Of a DNA stretch of 64,000 nucleotides, positions 1 to 12,816 are shown piece after piece. Under the pieces are notes generated by a model. It was not told the origin of the DNA. It did not search any database and worked only from the letters and a program-made list of their open reading frames with translations. The position numbers and the translations under genes were made by a program. Origin of the DNA: Rhodosorus marinus CCMP1338. Taxonomy: Eukaryota; Plantae; Rhodophyta. The stretch lies in assembly GCA_029953675.1 (NCBI GenBank), contig JAMWBK010000003.1, forward strand, positions 3,286,001 through 3,350,000. Reading direction: 5' to 3'. The stretch's first letter is position 1; every line of letters starts with the position of its first letter.

Positions 1-1375
1 TATAACCACCACCAACGCCGCCCTCGGCCTGAGCATCGTTCTCCTCTTGTGGGTTGTAAGGACCAGGCTGACTAACCAGCGCTCGGTGTACATCGATGAG
101 TGAGACGGGCCCGTCATTGACACCATCCGCGGCGTCCTACAAGCAATCGCGATAAAGTTAGCTGGGTAAAACTACCGTTGGACCTTCAAGTCCGAAGACT
201 AATTTGACTCGAATCTTACGCTGAGAGTGCTCTCAATAGCTACATAACTCAATCCTCGTTGCAAAAATGAAAGCAGCGCTCCTGGTGGTATTTGTGATCC
301 ATCAATATTGCTCTTAACAATGTGGCTCTCATACCCAAACGCGAACGCAGAATGTACGTATCCTAGACAGGAGATAGAATTTCCCTCAATTGAAATGAAA
401 AAATAGGAAAAGCAACAACAAAAAAAACCACAAGCAAGCCAGTTTCCATCCTCGACCAGGTCCTTACTAACTCCACTTACCGCTCTCCTGCAGGTACCGA
501 AAGACGAGGTAGTTCACCTCCTCCGAAGTCACCGTATTGTTCATCGGACCCTTCATCTACCACATGACAGTATCTCTGCGTACATAAATAATGATCATCC
601 ATGTACTTATGTACAAGATATCTTTTCATTGAATCACCAACATCAACCACCGACATCCAACAAAGCCCCACCCCATCAATTACCTGTTCAAGTCCAAATA
701 ACCATGCAGGGCACTTCGACCCGCAGCGTGCCAAAGCACGCTGTAGAATGGCGGCGGGTGTACGAGACGTCTATGAGCCCTGCCTATGGGGTCCTGGTTT
801 TAGAAATTGGTGGTTATACAGCTCACCCTTAGTCGTCTGTTCGGCGGAAACACCTTACGTTGACCAGTTCAGGAGTTTCCATTGCGACAACTCATAGGAC
901 AGGGCGCAAAAACCTCTGCGTCCAACTGGAGAGTGCGTTTGAGTTATCTAAAACAGGGTATCGCTATGGGGTATGCGGAGGATCTGAAACCATCGCAAGT
1001 CCTTCTGTCCCAACAGGCTTGGTGCATTAGGATTTTCCCAACCATTTTGCTGAAAACTGCAATACGGGAACTGGTGCCGCTGGGCTTGACTTGGAATGTT
1101 GAAGTCGTAGTAAAAGAACGGATAGAAGCGTTTCGAGCAAAGTCAACCTCCTTTGCTTGCACAACCACGCACCTCTCGCGTTCATGATTTTCACCCGCTA
1201 GCCTTGGCTGGGACTTTCTCCGGGCCCTCAACGATAGTTCGATAAAGAAATGGGCAAGGTTGGAACGCGAAGATCTTCCGGATAGAAAATCTGCAGTACC
1301 GTTACTAAATCGAAATTTCCCCGCAGTTTCGAATGAGTCGTTCATTTTGGGAATTGAGACTTTCCACGATGCCAT
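1..1375 (-). CDS. Probable multi-exon hypothetical protein gene, continuing off the left edge; exon structure unresolved
   Basis: ORF 944..1375 plus shorter open minus-strand segments bounded by GT..AG (e.g. RALARCGSKCPAWLFGLEQ, RYCHVVDEGSDEQYGDFGG); no recognisable domain. Confidence 0.3.
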
Positions 1376-1527
1376 ATGGCGCAGCCATCTCCAACCGGTC
1401 TTGCTGTGCTGGTTACCAAGTTGGTGCTTCCGCCTGCAGTCTGTGAGTAATATTAACAGAGGACGCTGATCGGCTAAATACTCTCGAGATCACCACGGCA
1501 AATACAAACTGGGGAGCAGCTTTGAAG

Positions 1528-2921
1528 ATGGCGGAGCCGGAGACCGAGCTAAGGACCGGTGCAGCTGGGAACTCTGAAGACAAGGGCGACGATGATTATA
1601 GGACACCAGGGTCAGCAGTAGTTGATGACGAGGGGAATGGTGGCCCGTGTGCTGAACAGGACAAACCGGTGTCCTCCAAAGCAGATCCTCGGAACGGTAT
1701 GCAGAAACGCTCGCGTTCGTTTAAATGTTTTTACAAAATATGATTCTAACGTATCCTTTCCCGAACATCTGCAGAAAGTCGGAGACGTTCTGATGACGTC
1801 GGCTGGCAAAAAGTAGAGGATGTCTGTGAGAAGCTGAAAAACAATCAATTCAAATCTGTCGTAGTTGTGACTGGAGCTGGTATCTCTACTGCTGCAGGTG
1901 AGATCAAGGGCAAAGCTCTCGTCAGTACGTGAGAACATGTTAAAGCGTGATATGGTGAAAACTTCTCATGCTTTTCCTTCAGGAGTTCCCGATTTTCGAT
2001 CAGACGATGGGATATATAAGCGCCTGGAGAAGTTGAACTTGCCTGAGCCGGAATCTGTTTTTGATATTAGCTATTTCCGGAACGATCCAGTGCCATTCTA
2101 TTCGCTTGCACAAGAGCTTAGCGCTTTCAACTACAAGCCTACCTTTGCTCATCGCCTTATCAAGCTCCTTGACGACAAGGGATTGCTTCGACGATTATAC
2201 ACGCAGAACATTGATGGTCTCGACGCTGCAACGGGTCTCAGCTCAGACAGAATCATCGAAGCCCACGGCTCATTCTCTACCGCTAGGTAAAATGAGCACA
2301 TCCCACGCACTCCTGGACAAACTCAACCGCTTACAGGCGAGCTAATTCGAGGACTGCGCTTGTCTTCCTGTTTTTCAGTTGCATCGATTGTGGCGGGTCA
2401 GCAACTGAGCAGGCAAAGGAGGCTATCAGGCAGGCATCTGTTCCGTATTGTACGGAATGTGAAGGTCTTGTGAAACCCGACATCGTTTTCTTCGGAGAGT
2501 CGTTACCCGACAAGTTCTACGGAAACCTTACACGAGATATGGAAAGCGCCGACCTGTGTCTCGTTATCGGTACAAGTTTGAAGGTCATGCCAGTGGCATC
2601 TCTTCCGGATACTATGGCTCATTCTAAGCATCGCGTACTGATCAATAGAGAGGTGATTGGAAACATTCAAGCTCTGCACTGACTGTCACTCTCGTTCCTG
2701 GTTGAAGCAGGTGCGCGGTGACGATGTTCTGATGGATGCTATGCCTTGCATCGTTTTCTTTGGAAAATGCCATTCCTTGTTCGTCCTAGGTCGCAGGGTC
2801 AATAGGTAGTCGTAGCAGGGATGTTCTTGCGCTTGGTGAGATTGAGGACGTCGTACTTGAAATGGCGCAGTTATGCGGTTGGCTTGAGGAACTTGAAACT
2901 ATGGAAATAGCGCGAGATTAG
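1528..2921 (+). CDS. SIR2: NAD-dependent deacetylase, Sir2/sirtuin class I (SIRT2/Hst2-like), multi-exon
   Basis: Spliced motifs VVVVTGAGISTAAG-VPDFRS, YTQNIDGL, IEAHGSF, CIDC..CTEC zinc site, KPDIVFFGE, GTSLKV, LINRE; GT-AG introns at about 1898-1981 and 2287-2378; stop TAG 2919-2921. Confidence 0.92.
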
Positions 2922-3963
2922 GAACAGGAGATGGAGATGACTCCGTACATGAATACATGTGATGTCTCAGCCACCTTTATGCCGGGCTGCGGAAGAAAAT
3001 TGTCCGGGGCAGATCGTCCCCGCTCACGCGGTCAAATCCCCAGAGTATTTTCCTTTGGCTTATAGTAGACGTCTAAAGAGCCGCGTGCAGCTATCCTGAA
3101 TTGAGCTTAAGCCATATGAAAGGGAGATTTATTGTGAATTCCTTATAAACAGCTCCGTCGTTGGGGCAACGGATAGAAAATGAGGAATCAATTTACTCTT
3201 TATGAACCTCCTAAGGAATAGTTGGGGCGAGCTGCGCGGAAAACTTCGCACAGTCTCCCTCGTACCCAGACGAGCGTACCCAGCACCACAGTATTGAATC
3301 CCTTTCCTCTCTCTCAATACAAGCTTGTAACAAAACCTGATTCCATATTTGTATGTTGCTCGTTACCTGCCGTATAACCCTTTTTTGTGAGCCATATTGT
3401 TTATCGTCAAATTAGTACGACAGATTTGCCACGAAAATCGGCAATCCAAGGTGGTGAAATTAAATGGAACTGGAAGGAGGAAAATCTGGCAAAAGCCAAG
3501 CATGTGAGAAATCTTATTTAAGCCAGACTAACGTACTGCTGGGCGGCTTTGTAGGACTTACGTGGGGTTTATCCTTCTGCTCGGATAGAAATTGAAAAAT
3601 TTAGAAAGGGTTCATACGGATTGGAGCGACCGCGTCTTATGTGCAAAGCTTTTCGCCCTTCGTTTCTTTTCGAGTGTTGTATAGAGCGCGAAAATTGCTG
3701 TGGGTCTTGGCGATTGTAGACTTGATTGTGAAGGTGAGTTGTATGTAGAAGCAGACGGCTATTTGACTTAGAGGAAAGCATCTACAGTATTGAACCCGAG
3801 CTGTGGCCTTTCCTCGTCTCTCGATTCCTGTTCATTTTGATAGGTCTTGACGTCTTGCTGCGGCTAATTTCCCGGGTTCTCACCCATCACTTCTTGGCAA
3901 CCGAATAGAGGGCGAGCATTGGACAACGGTCAGGTGCCTTCTTTTACTAGCGGATATTGATCC

Positions 3964-4644
3964 ATGCTGCTGTCTCGGGCAATACTGCTTCGAGAGCGAG
4001 CAGTCTTAGTCAGACTTGAGTACCCGCGATCGACCGCAGATACTTCGCTGCTATCTGAGATACTGAACCTGCGTGATCATGTGGATCCCTCGCTAAGTAT
4101 GAGGTACTCGTGCCGTGAAGGAGTATGCGGGTCCTGTGCGCTCACAGTTAGCGGTCAGACAACTCTGGCATGTACCTACTTTTCAAGGAGCACCCCCGCG
4201 ATGGTCAGCTACGGACGCGTGCAAGCTATATCCGTCGGAGCCTTAGTTCGCGACCTGGTGTGGAGCCTGTCGATGCCGAATGCTGAGTATTCTGTTGCAG
4301 GAGCCAATGAAAGAGGGCAAATGAGCCCGGTGATGGGCAGACAGGCTGTTGGACCCAGCAGCAGGGCTCTCTTGGAAGGACATATTGAATGTGTGCTGTG
4401 CTATAGCTGTTCAATGAGCTGCCCATCCAAGTGGTGGCACAGAAGCAGCTATCTCGGGCCGGCGATTCTACTGAACCAGTTGAAATGGCGGCTGAGCAGA
4501 AACCATCGAGAGTCTAGCGATAGCGAAGCAATGCTTCTGAGCTCTACGGAAAACTGCCACACTATCTTGAACTGCGTGCGGACTTGTCCCAAAAAATTGA
4601 ACCCTGCAGCGGCCATTGAAGTACTTCGTACGATCGAGAGCTAG
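3964..4644 (+). CDS. SDH2: Succinate dehydrogenase iron-sulfur subunit (SdhB/SDH2), divergent, intronless
   Basis: All 11 cluster cysteines present: SCREGVCGSC..LAC (2Fe-2S), CVLCYSCSMSCPSKWW (4Fe-4S), CHTILNCVRTCPKKLNP (3Fe-4S); YLGPAIL motif. Confidence 0.88.
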   Translation: MLLSRAILLRERAVLVRLEYPRSTADTSLLSEILNLRDHVDPSLSMRYSCREGVCGSCALTVSGQTTLACTYFSRSTPAMVSYGRVQAISVGALVRDLVWSLSMPNAEYSVAGANERGQMSPVMGRQAVGPSSRALLEGHIECVLCYSCSMSCPSKWWHRSSYLGPAILLNQLKWRLSRNHRESSDSEAMLLSSTENCHTILNCVRTCPKKLNPAAAIEVLRTIES

Positions 4645-5332
4645 GGCGCGCTAAAAATAAACGAGCCATCCTTTAGTGAAATCACTGCTGCAAATCAGCC
4701 TCAAACCGCAGCACATATCTTCTCCATTTTTGCTCCTGCTCACTCATTAGAACTCCCCATGGTGTCCGCTGTGATAAATCAAGAGTGAAAGCCGCGTAGT
4801 CTGGTCGCCACTTTGTCCGGCAATGTTAACTCTTCTGTTTCAGGTACAATCGGATGACGCAGTGGCGCAGGAATGCGCAGCTCACCGAGAGCTGTACGTC
4901 AATCTTCAGTGGTCCTACGACCTGGAGCAGACTGACAGTATGAATACGCTTAGATCCGCTAGATACTAAAGAAAGAGGAATCCCCACAGCCTAAGATTAT
5001 GTCACATGTCTTCCAAAGTCTGTCTGAACTGGATCCGAGATTCGAAGTATCACAGAGCTCCACCCTAGTTTCGGTGTGTTGTCCAGGATGCCTTTTTCCT
5101 TCGCAGAGTTGGGTTTTTCGTGTACGAAGGTATGGTTGTGTCGCAGGTGAGACATCTGAGAACAGTTCGTCCTCCTCGTTTATAGCAAGGTTTACAATCG
5201 TGTTCGGAGCAGCCTTGAGTTTTGCTTGCCTTTCTTAGGCAAGAAGTTGAGGACGAGCGTGGGAAAGTCCGAAGGTTGTATGCGTTTTCGTATAGGGTGA
5301 GGTATTGTGATAATTGAACGGTTGGATGGGGT

Positions 5333-6198
5333 ATGGGTAGTGAAGAACGGATTATTGCGCACCTGAAGAGGGTAAGTGACAGACTGAAGAAGTACGCGGC
5401 TGAACATGGAAGGTCGGTTGGCTTGAAGGTGGAAGAAATGGAGTTGATCGAAGAGCGACGCAAGCTTGTCAGGGACCTGAACGGGTTCTGGGTCAAGGCG
5501 ATGATAAGGGATGAGACGCTCTCTGGACAGTTCAGCACCAAGGACATAGAAGTTTTGAAGCATCTGGTGGATATCAGAACGGAGGAAAAGCAGGCGGATC
5601 AAGAGTTCACGATTGTTTTTGTAAGGGCGTTTGCACGTGCCAGGGCGTCGTACTTGAATATAAGTTGTTGTCTTCAACTCTCCTGGCTCAGGCGTTTTCA
5701 TGCTATGCTCTTCGCAGGTGTTTAACGAGAATCCTTTTTTCAGCAACCCGCAAATCTGCAAGAAGGTCACTGCGCACAGGTCAGATGGATTCGTCCGTGT
5801 TGAACCTGCCGCAATCAGTTGGTACGAGAACAAGGTGAGAAACTCATCCTAGCCGTTTCCCATATTACGATTCACTGTCCAACGGTCAACCAATGTCATC
5901 CTGGTTCAACTGCTGAAAAGATCGGTCGACAAAACTTTTCTCCGTGGTTCAAAAGCATTCTACCTTAGCTGAGGATCAAATGAACGATGCGTTCCGCGAG
6001 TGTTTCAGTTTCTTTGAATGGTTGGAGTCGAAGGAAGATCTAATGGGGATTGCGTTGCATATAAGAGGGGAGTTTCTGAGCTCTGCAGTGGACCTCTTTC
6101 TAAGCGAGGTTAGCGGTGACGACCTTTTCGAGACTGAAACGCAAACCGAAGACCAAGATGAAGAGAGCACGCTACTTAGTAGTGACGACGAATATTAA
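5333..6198 (+). CDS. Nucleosome assembly protein (NAP/SET family) histone chaperone, multi-exon
   Basis: ERRKLVRDLNGFWVKAM, DIEVLKHLVDI, FxFNENPFFSN, ISWY, SFFEW and an acidic C-terminal tail; exons joined across GT-AG introns. Confidence 0.72.
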
Positions 6199-6623
6199 CT
6201 TGAAAAAATCAACTCAACTGAAGGGAATATGTAATCAACTAAAATCTTGTGATCGAGGATGCCATGTCCGTTATGTTTATATCCGGTCACGAAGCCCGGG
6301 TTTCGCTGTGGTTGGAAGCTGGCTCGCCAACGACAGATTAGAGAACGCGAAACAATGTCACAGGACCCGCGTCAAGTGCGTATCAAAGAGCGGGGGAGCA
6401 TCGCTCAGAAAGGGAAGGAAGCTTGTCGTGTCTATGTTTGGTATTCGGCTGGAGTTGGCTTTATATTGAAACATAAAGAAAGTTCGCGTTCGAGGACATG
6501 CACGCATGCACAGGGCTCGAGCGCTGGGCGGCCTCCCAATCGAAAAGTAAGCAACAAAAGCTCCGTGAGGTTAGTTGTGTTAGGTTGAGGGATAACTTGG
6601 AGCTATGCTTCTCAGTGCAGGAC

Positions 6624-8323
6624 CTATTTGGACACCTTGAGAAGCTTTGTTACTCTTTTCGTGACACTTTGCAACCCTTCTCCACTTTTGGGTTCCTTTC
6701 CGCTTGGATTTTGTAAATTTCGAATTGGACTTGATTCGTGCAATTGTGACTCTTCTCTACTCCGGGCTTTTGGGATTTGCTTCAATATTTCCTCTTTCAG
6801 AAAATACGCATCCCCTCCCAGGTTGTCGAAGTACTGTGGCTTCCACTCAGTTTTGTTTTCCTCTCGTTCCTTTCGGTGGGCCCTGTCCACACCACGAGAA
6901 TAGATCCAAGCCAAGTCAATCGTCGTAATTCGAAAAGAACGGGTTCATCGCTGTGGCCAGAGACGAAGGAGTCGATTAGCCCTTTGCAGCGAACTTACCT
7001 CTGGGCGTCCTCAACTGCTTTCTTTTCTTCATTGGCTAGCTTTGAATCCTTCTTCCAAATGGCATCGGAGCACTTCTTCCAGACTGCGAGAGAATTGGTC
7101 TCCTCGAGATCGGACTCTGGCGGGAGCCACACATGCATTGCATCCTCTGCGGACTCTTCCTTGCTGTAGAGAGTTGTACGTTCTCCCGTTTTCACATTGG
7201 TTGTCTTTACAACGCCGTCCCATACTCCTTCAACCTCATAGATGACTTCGTCGCTATCTAGCTTCCGGATTGACCCACTGACGCTGTGCTGAACCCCGGT
7301 CATCCCGAAGAAAGATTTCCCCTTGAAGTCAATTATAGCCACGAGGTTGCTCTTCTCACAAACGACGTAGCTTAAGCCCATCAGTTCAACTCTCTGGAAA
7401 TGCAGAAAACGGATGACACTTGATAAGCAGGACACTTCGAATTGACCCCAGCAAAGATAGTCAGCAATGCAAAACCAAAGCAGTGTAGCAGTTCCTCTCT
7501 TCTAGAAAATTCTAGAAACGAAAGCCTATGCTATGAAAGTACCTTCGTCCCAATTCCGAGAAGGCCCGACTGGAAAACCGTTGGCCTCGTGAGGTGGTAC
7601 TCCTCATCCAAGTCATGGAGATACAAACGCGAAATACCGTTCAACTTGATTTCAACGTAGTTGCCGTAAAATCTTGGCTCTGGCTTGCTGACAGAATTGA
7701 CTTCCCAGCCAACTGACGGATTGTTCAAATGGGTTGCTGTGATCGGCGGATGATGTGATACCTGTTCACAAACGAGGTAGGTTACACCATTTTCGGGATC
7801 TTTGTGCTTGAAACAGCAGCGGAACGTTTCTCCGAGAATCGGATTGTACGGCTTTCGAGATGAAGCAAAGTTATGCGTCGAAAGTAAAGAACAGTCTTGG
7901 ATCAGTTACACCATTCGCAAGCACTTTAAAATAGTGTGTGGAACATGGACACCAACATCGGCAAGACAGAAAGAGTCGCAAGGCCCACTCCATTACCTTC
8001 TTTCCAAATTTCTCCTTTGGCAACCCCGACAGGATCCATCGAATGACTCCCAAAAATCTTTCTTCCGCAGTCTCCATCTTGGGGATTCTCGGCAACAGTT
8101 CCCCCCTCTGCATGGATTTCTTTGACTTCTCCAAGGAAGACACAGGGTCTAGCACCGAAGCTGGAAGCGGAATATTGCTGACGTCAGTTCCACTCTTCAC
8201 ATTACCCAAAACTTCCGTCACAACTTTGATCACAGAAACCTCTGAATCGGGCGCATCTTCGCCACGCAAAAGCTCCTCTTCCTCAGTAAAACACCCAAAC
8301 ATGTTTTTTTCTTTCTCACCCAT
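6624..8323 (-). CDS. Oxysterol-binding protein-related protein (ORD domain only), multi-exon
   Basis: Signature EQVSHHPP (7742-7765 region), KKPYNPILGETF, LPASVLDP, VEGVWDG, EEKKAVEDAQR, WKPQYF. Confidence 0.92.
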
Positions 8324-8581
8324 GTTTAACCAAACAGCAGCTTAAAAACTAAGGACTTCCAAAACCGTACCTCCTCCACAAACAGCGCCCAGTACAAAAA
8401 CAAACCAAATTATACAGGCTCGTACCGTCACCACACCTTCACTCTGTCACCTGATTCCCGTTTGACAAGCAAATGAGTATGCCTCCTTGTTCGACTGTCC
8501 CTCTTTTACCCAAAATCACTTTCAATTCTCTAGAATCCTTGGCTGCTGCAGCTTTGGCAGCAACTCCATCATCGCAGCTCA

Positions 8582-8657
8582 CAGAATCAACAATAAGACA
8601 AAAAACAACTGCTGCGTAACAAGAGCGCAGTTGTTTTTTGTCTTATTGTTGATTCTG
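8582..8657. repeat. Perfect 31-bp inverted repeat with 14-nt loop
   Basis: CAGAATCAACAATAAGACAAAAAACAACTGC (8582-8612) and its exact reverse complement (8627-8657). Confidence 0.95.
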
Positions 8658-9926
8658 GTAAAAATATGGAAAACCGTAGATCAGCACTGCCCCAAAAACC
8701 TAAGCTGCTCTTCACAGTTTCTCAATAAATTATTAATAATACCGGTAATAACGTGAAGGCGGAATAAATAAGGACATTATGTGGATAGTTTAAGGACTCC
8801 TTTAAGTTTCGTTGCGATCTCAAATGCTCAAATTAATATTCAGAATATTTATTCTCCAACTGAACAGCTTCCCGCTCACGAAAGTGGTCTTGGGGTTACA
8901 AGAAACCGTTGGGGGGTCCGGGTGACTGTTCTATCACAGGGTCCCTGAACGCGATAAGCTCAGTTGTGAGCAAGTTTAGCAGTTTCCTCATTGCTAATTG
9001 TTTTAGGCAAATAAGGGTGTTTCCTTTTTGAGAATCCTTTTGAGCAATTTGAGAACCGATCTATAGACTAGCTTAATAGTAATAGACGTATTTTATGGAT
9101 TGGGTTTTTTGTTCCGGTCTAGCTTGCCTAGCTCGTTCTCGATTTACACGGCTGTTGTGTTTTTCCGGAGTTCTTGCTTTTTCGAGTACCGCTCACCTTG
9201 CTGCGGGTAGACTGGTCTGCCGAAGGAGCCTGTGACTCCTGACACTTGCGAAATCTGTATGAATCCGAACTCTTCGTTAGAGGGACCCGCTGAGGCGCCT
9301 CTGACTGACAGGCCGGTTATTGTTGCAACCATCAGTCGGTGGCCGCAGTGATGCCCAGTGAGAACGTCCTCGCGCGCCTAGTAGGTTTGAGTAGGAGGCT
9401 TCGAGTTGGAAAACGTGGTAGCGCAGTGGGTTGAGCCCTCCGCATTTGAACTTCAATGGTGAAAGATATCACACCTACATGGACTTAGCTAATCGTTGCA
9501 GATCAAACCAAAGGAAGCCAGTTCAGCACTAGAGCACGCTCCCCAGCGATGAGTGTAAATGAAGCCATCCGGAGCTTTTCGCGTTTCCAAAGCAGAGTCT
9601 AAGCTTGATACTGCCTGTTACCGTGACATGGTCTGTCAGCATGTGAACATGAGTGTTCTGTTGTGGACAGTAGTTCTGTGTTTTTCCAAGTCACTGTATG
9701 CAGGTTCGGTGCTTGGTTTGCGCATTCAAATACCCTCATTAAGGAATCCCAAACAATGCGTCTTCTCAAATGTTTATTAAACTATTATCGCACAAACTTA
9801 TCTCTGATCCCCAGCACTGCTCTGGTTGGCTAAAACCCTTTGCTTGCAAATGGTATCTTGAGGTCAGAAATGTCTTCGGATTGCATCGCTTGAACCGCTT
9901 TCGCAGATAGGTTAAAAGAGTTTAGG

Positions 9927-10951
9927 ATGCTGGGGTCCAATTTGGACATCGAAACTGTTGCTCATCGGAAAGGGTCTGCAGGGCTCCCGGGTTGTGGATT
10001 GGTAAACGGGTCTGGTGACACGCGAGGAATCAGGTTCTTCCCTTGGCAAAGCAAGAAGTATGTTCGTTTCCTTCTCGGCAGCGAATTGCTTGCTGGGTTT
10101 GGAATTCAAGAGTGTGCTCAAAGTGTGCAAGACAAGCAGTAAGTTTCTTTAACTCCTGATCTTCTGCTCGCACGATTTGATATGCTCAATATCTGGTTCA
10201 CGTATTCTAAAGGGAGGAAATGGGTGATTAGATCCCCGACCGAGTTGCGAGGGAGCTCCGTTCGTGCGATGTTAGAGCGGGAGGCCGGGGCGACTTCCGA
10301 CGCAGGGCGTAGTCCGCTGGATGGAATAATAATGTTAACTGGAGTATACATATTCTTAGCAGGGTCATTACTTTTGGCATTTCCTAGCGTTTTCGGACTT
10401 GCTGTCCCGAATGTGACCAACCCGGCGGACGGTCACGCCATCGCTTCAAGCTTGGGCGTATCAAACTTCTGGATTCGAGTGGGCGGGATTCTAAGCCAGA
10501 CGTTCGGTGTATACTATATCTCGGAATCCTTACTTCCCTACCGACGAGGTAAAGCTGAACTGAGTGAAAACTCACACCGGAACATAGTCAGAGCGGTCAC
10601 CGCTGACCGATTGATCATTTGAATCCTATGTGAACGGCAGGCTTTGTGCTTGGAACTATCATTGGAAGGGTTTACTTGTGCTGTGCGTTCTTCACCATGT
10701 GGCTGCGAACTTTGAGCTGCCCGCTAATCATACCAATCTTAGGGACTCTGAACCTGATATCTGCTTCTATCACGGCCTTCAATCTGGCTAGAGAAGCTTC
10801 GTGCTTCATGCCGAATTTCGTTACCTCCCCGACGGGTAAGAAAGAGCTCCCATCGCTAAATACAATGCGTCCGGTGCGAAACAGTAATACACAGAAGCAT
10901 GCAGAGCCGAACAGAGTGGCTGTTGACTCTACATATGACAGTGGGCGGTAA
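9927..10951 (+). CDS. Hypothetical multi-pass membrane protein, multi-exon; start uncertain
   Basis: ORFs 9927..10142, 10182..10622 and 10646..10951 with about four hydrophobic segments (GIIMLTGVYIFLAGSLLLAFP, FWIRVGGIL, TIIGRVYLCCAFF, IIPILGTLNLISA) separated by GT..AG. Confidence 0.45.
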
Positions 10952-11085
10952 GAGACCTTACTTCCAGGAGCTCTTTTTGCGAAGGTGAAGTCCACTCAGA
11001 GTTTCAGTCGTTTTGCCATATCCTGGGCAGGTGTATTGTCGCCATACCCGACAACAGCCTCTCAATATCATCGATTGAATTAGAT

Positions 11086-12332
11086 AGGCACGCTAGCCGA
11101 CTTGCTTTGTCTCTATCGGACGAGCGTGTCTGGGTGGTTGACGCTGAGAGCGGAAGCATTTTGGCGGATATCTGTCACGAAGGGTTGAAGGTAGAAGCAT
11201 GAAGCTGCCGCATAGGAAAACGTCGCTTATATGTTGCCCAAACTGACGGCGGCCTTTCTCATGCTATTGCAGGTGTTAGCAGCTGGATTCTCCGACAACG
11301 GTGAGCTGTGGTCCAGTTGTGTTGACAACTCTGCGAACCTCTGCATCTGCTATATATACGATGGCGGAGACTTTAGCTTGAAGAGAAAGGTTGTTCATTC
11401 TATCCATCCTGGATGAGGACAATGATTGCATGGCTGATGATTTGGGATGATATCTTCTGCCAGATTCTATTGCCTAGGACAGAAGCTTTGTCTATCGAAG
11501 TGGCTCCAAGAGGTGATAGTGTACTCCTGAAAAAGTTCCACGATGGAGCAATGCATCTGGAGTTGCGATCCCTAGAGGAACTGCCCAAGCTTCGGACCGA
11601 ATGGAGTCGAAAGCTAGGTTTTGACGGTGTACTATCCACCAGAGTCCTCTGGTCCCGAGACAGAACTTATCTGACGGCGGGGGTTGGTGCTAGTAAGAAG
11701 AATGCTGCCGTGAGCTATGCAGTCGGGCCTAAGTCCAAAAAGGAAGTTTGAGTTCTGACTCGTTAGGTTGACGTGATCCCCTCGGAATATGGAGCTAGGT
11801 TACTGTACTCAGTGCACAGACTGGGGAAGTTGTTTTCCTTGCTAAGACGGATTCCATACCTGTCAGCGTTGACCTGGACGAGAGCAACGGACGAGTTGTT
11901 TCAGGGTGCTTGGACAGGAAGATTAGGGTATTCGACTTGAATACCGAGGAAAAGGTGAACATCCTTGTGCTAGATTGGTTGACTATTTCATCAACATTGG
12001 ATTAGCCGCTAATAGTGGATTTCTGAGGGATTTGCGCTTCCCAGTTTTGCGAGTTAGATTCTGGCCTTCTAACGGGGTTGACTGCTGCGGTCCGGTTTTC
12101 TGGCGACGGTGGGGTGGTCCTTTCGGGCTGCGGGACAACGATGAGATTGTGGGTTATTTCAAAGAATGGAAATACACCATCTCAGAAGGATTCGAACAGA
12201 TTCGTAGACCTCAGTTCGGGTGGCGTAACGCCCAGGGGTAGCATGAGAAGCATAGATCTAGATAAGCGGACAGGGACAATAGCTGCGTTGTTCCCTGGAG
12301 GAGTTACCATATGGAAGTCGCGGTCAAAATGA
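11086..12332 (+). CDS. WD40/beta-propeller repeat protein, multi-exon; start not defined
   Basis: WD-like blades: VSVDLDESNGRVVSGCLDRKIRVFD, AVRFSGDGGVVLSGCGTTMRLWV, SIDLDKRTGTIAALFPGGVTIWK, ERVWVVDAESG. Confidence 0.55.
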
Positions 12333-12816
12333 GATCAGAGGAGGGGAGGGTTAGATCCTGCTGAATGTAGAACGCCTTTTCAGGACGCCAAGAATAGGGA
12401 TCGACCAGTCAACAGTGACGCGTTCGGTCCTCTGACTGGAAATCGCTCTAGCCTGGGAACCTCTCATGGCTTAGAAGGGTCTAGAGGATAAAGCACGAGT
12501 AGTGCGCGCCGAACGATACATGTAAACTTGTCAAAGAATTCATCGATCGACGCGAGCGAAGCAGCAGCACTACATGCGTGCAATTTCGAAAGTAAATTAG
12601 AACTATATGAGTTCGATATGACCGTGACCATGACCATGATTTGCAATTAACCACGTGCAGAAGCACGTGGTTATATCCCTAAAACATCTTCTTAGGCCCG
12701 GGCCAATTCGGTTGCCAAGACCCTCGACTTTTTGGAGGTTAAGTTGATCCGTACCCGGGAGGTGGATGCCAGCATGCCCTCGTCGTTGGAAAGCCTATGC
12801 TGAGGGCTACGCAATC

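Noticed and set aside
1528-2921. Sir2 gene located near a putative subtelomere, suggesting a functional link
   Set aside because: It is a class I SIRT2/Hst2-like enzyme among unrelated housekeeping genes; proximity alone is not evidence.
3523-3535. 13-bp match CCAGACTAACGTA to the C-rich strand of the telomere-like repeat within the gene block
   Set aside because: It lies about 20 nt before TTTGTAG and after a GTGAG donor at about 3504, so it is better explained as an intron branch point (GACTAAC) of an unresolved small plus-strand gene.
9410-9470. tRNA-like A-box GGTAGCGCAGTGG
   Set aside because: No B-box/T-loop (GTTCRA) at the right spacing and no cloverleaf could be folded.
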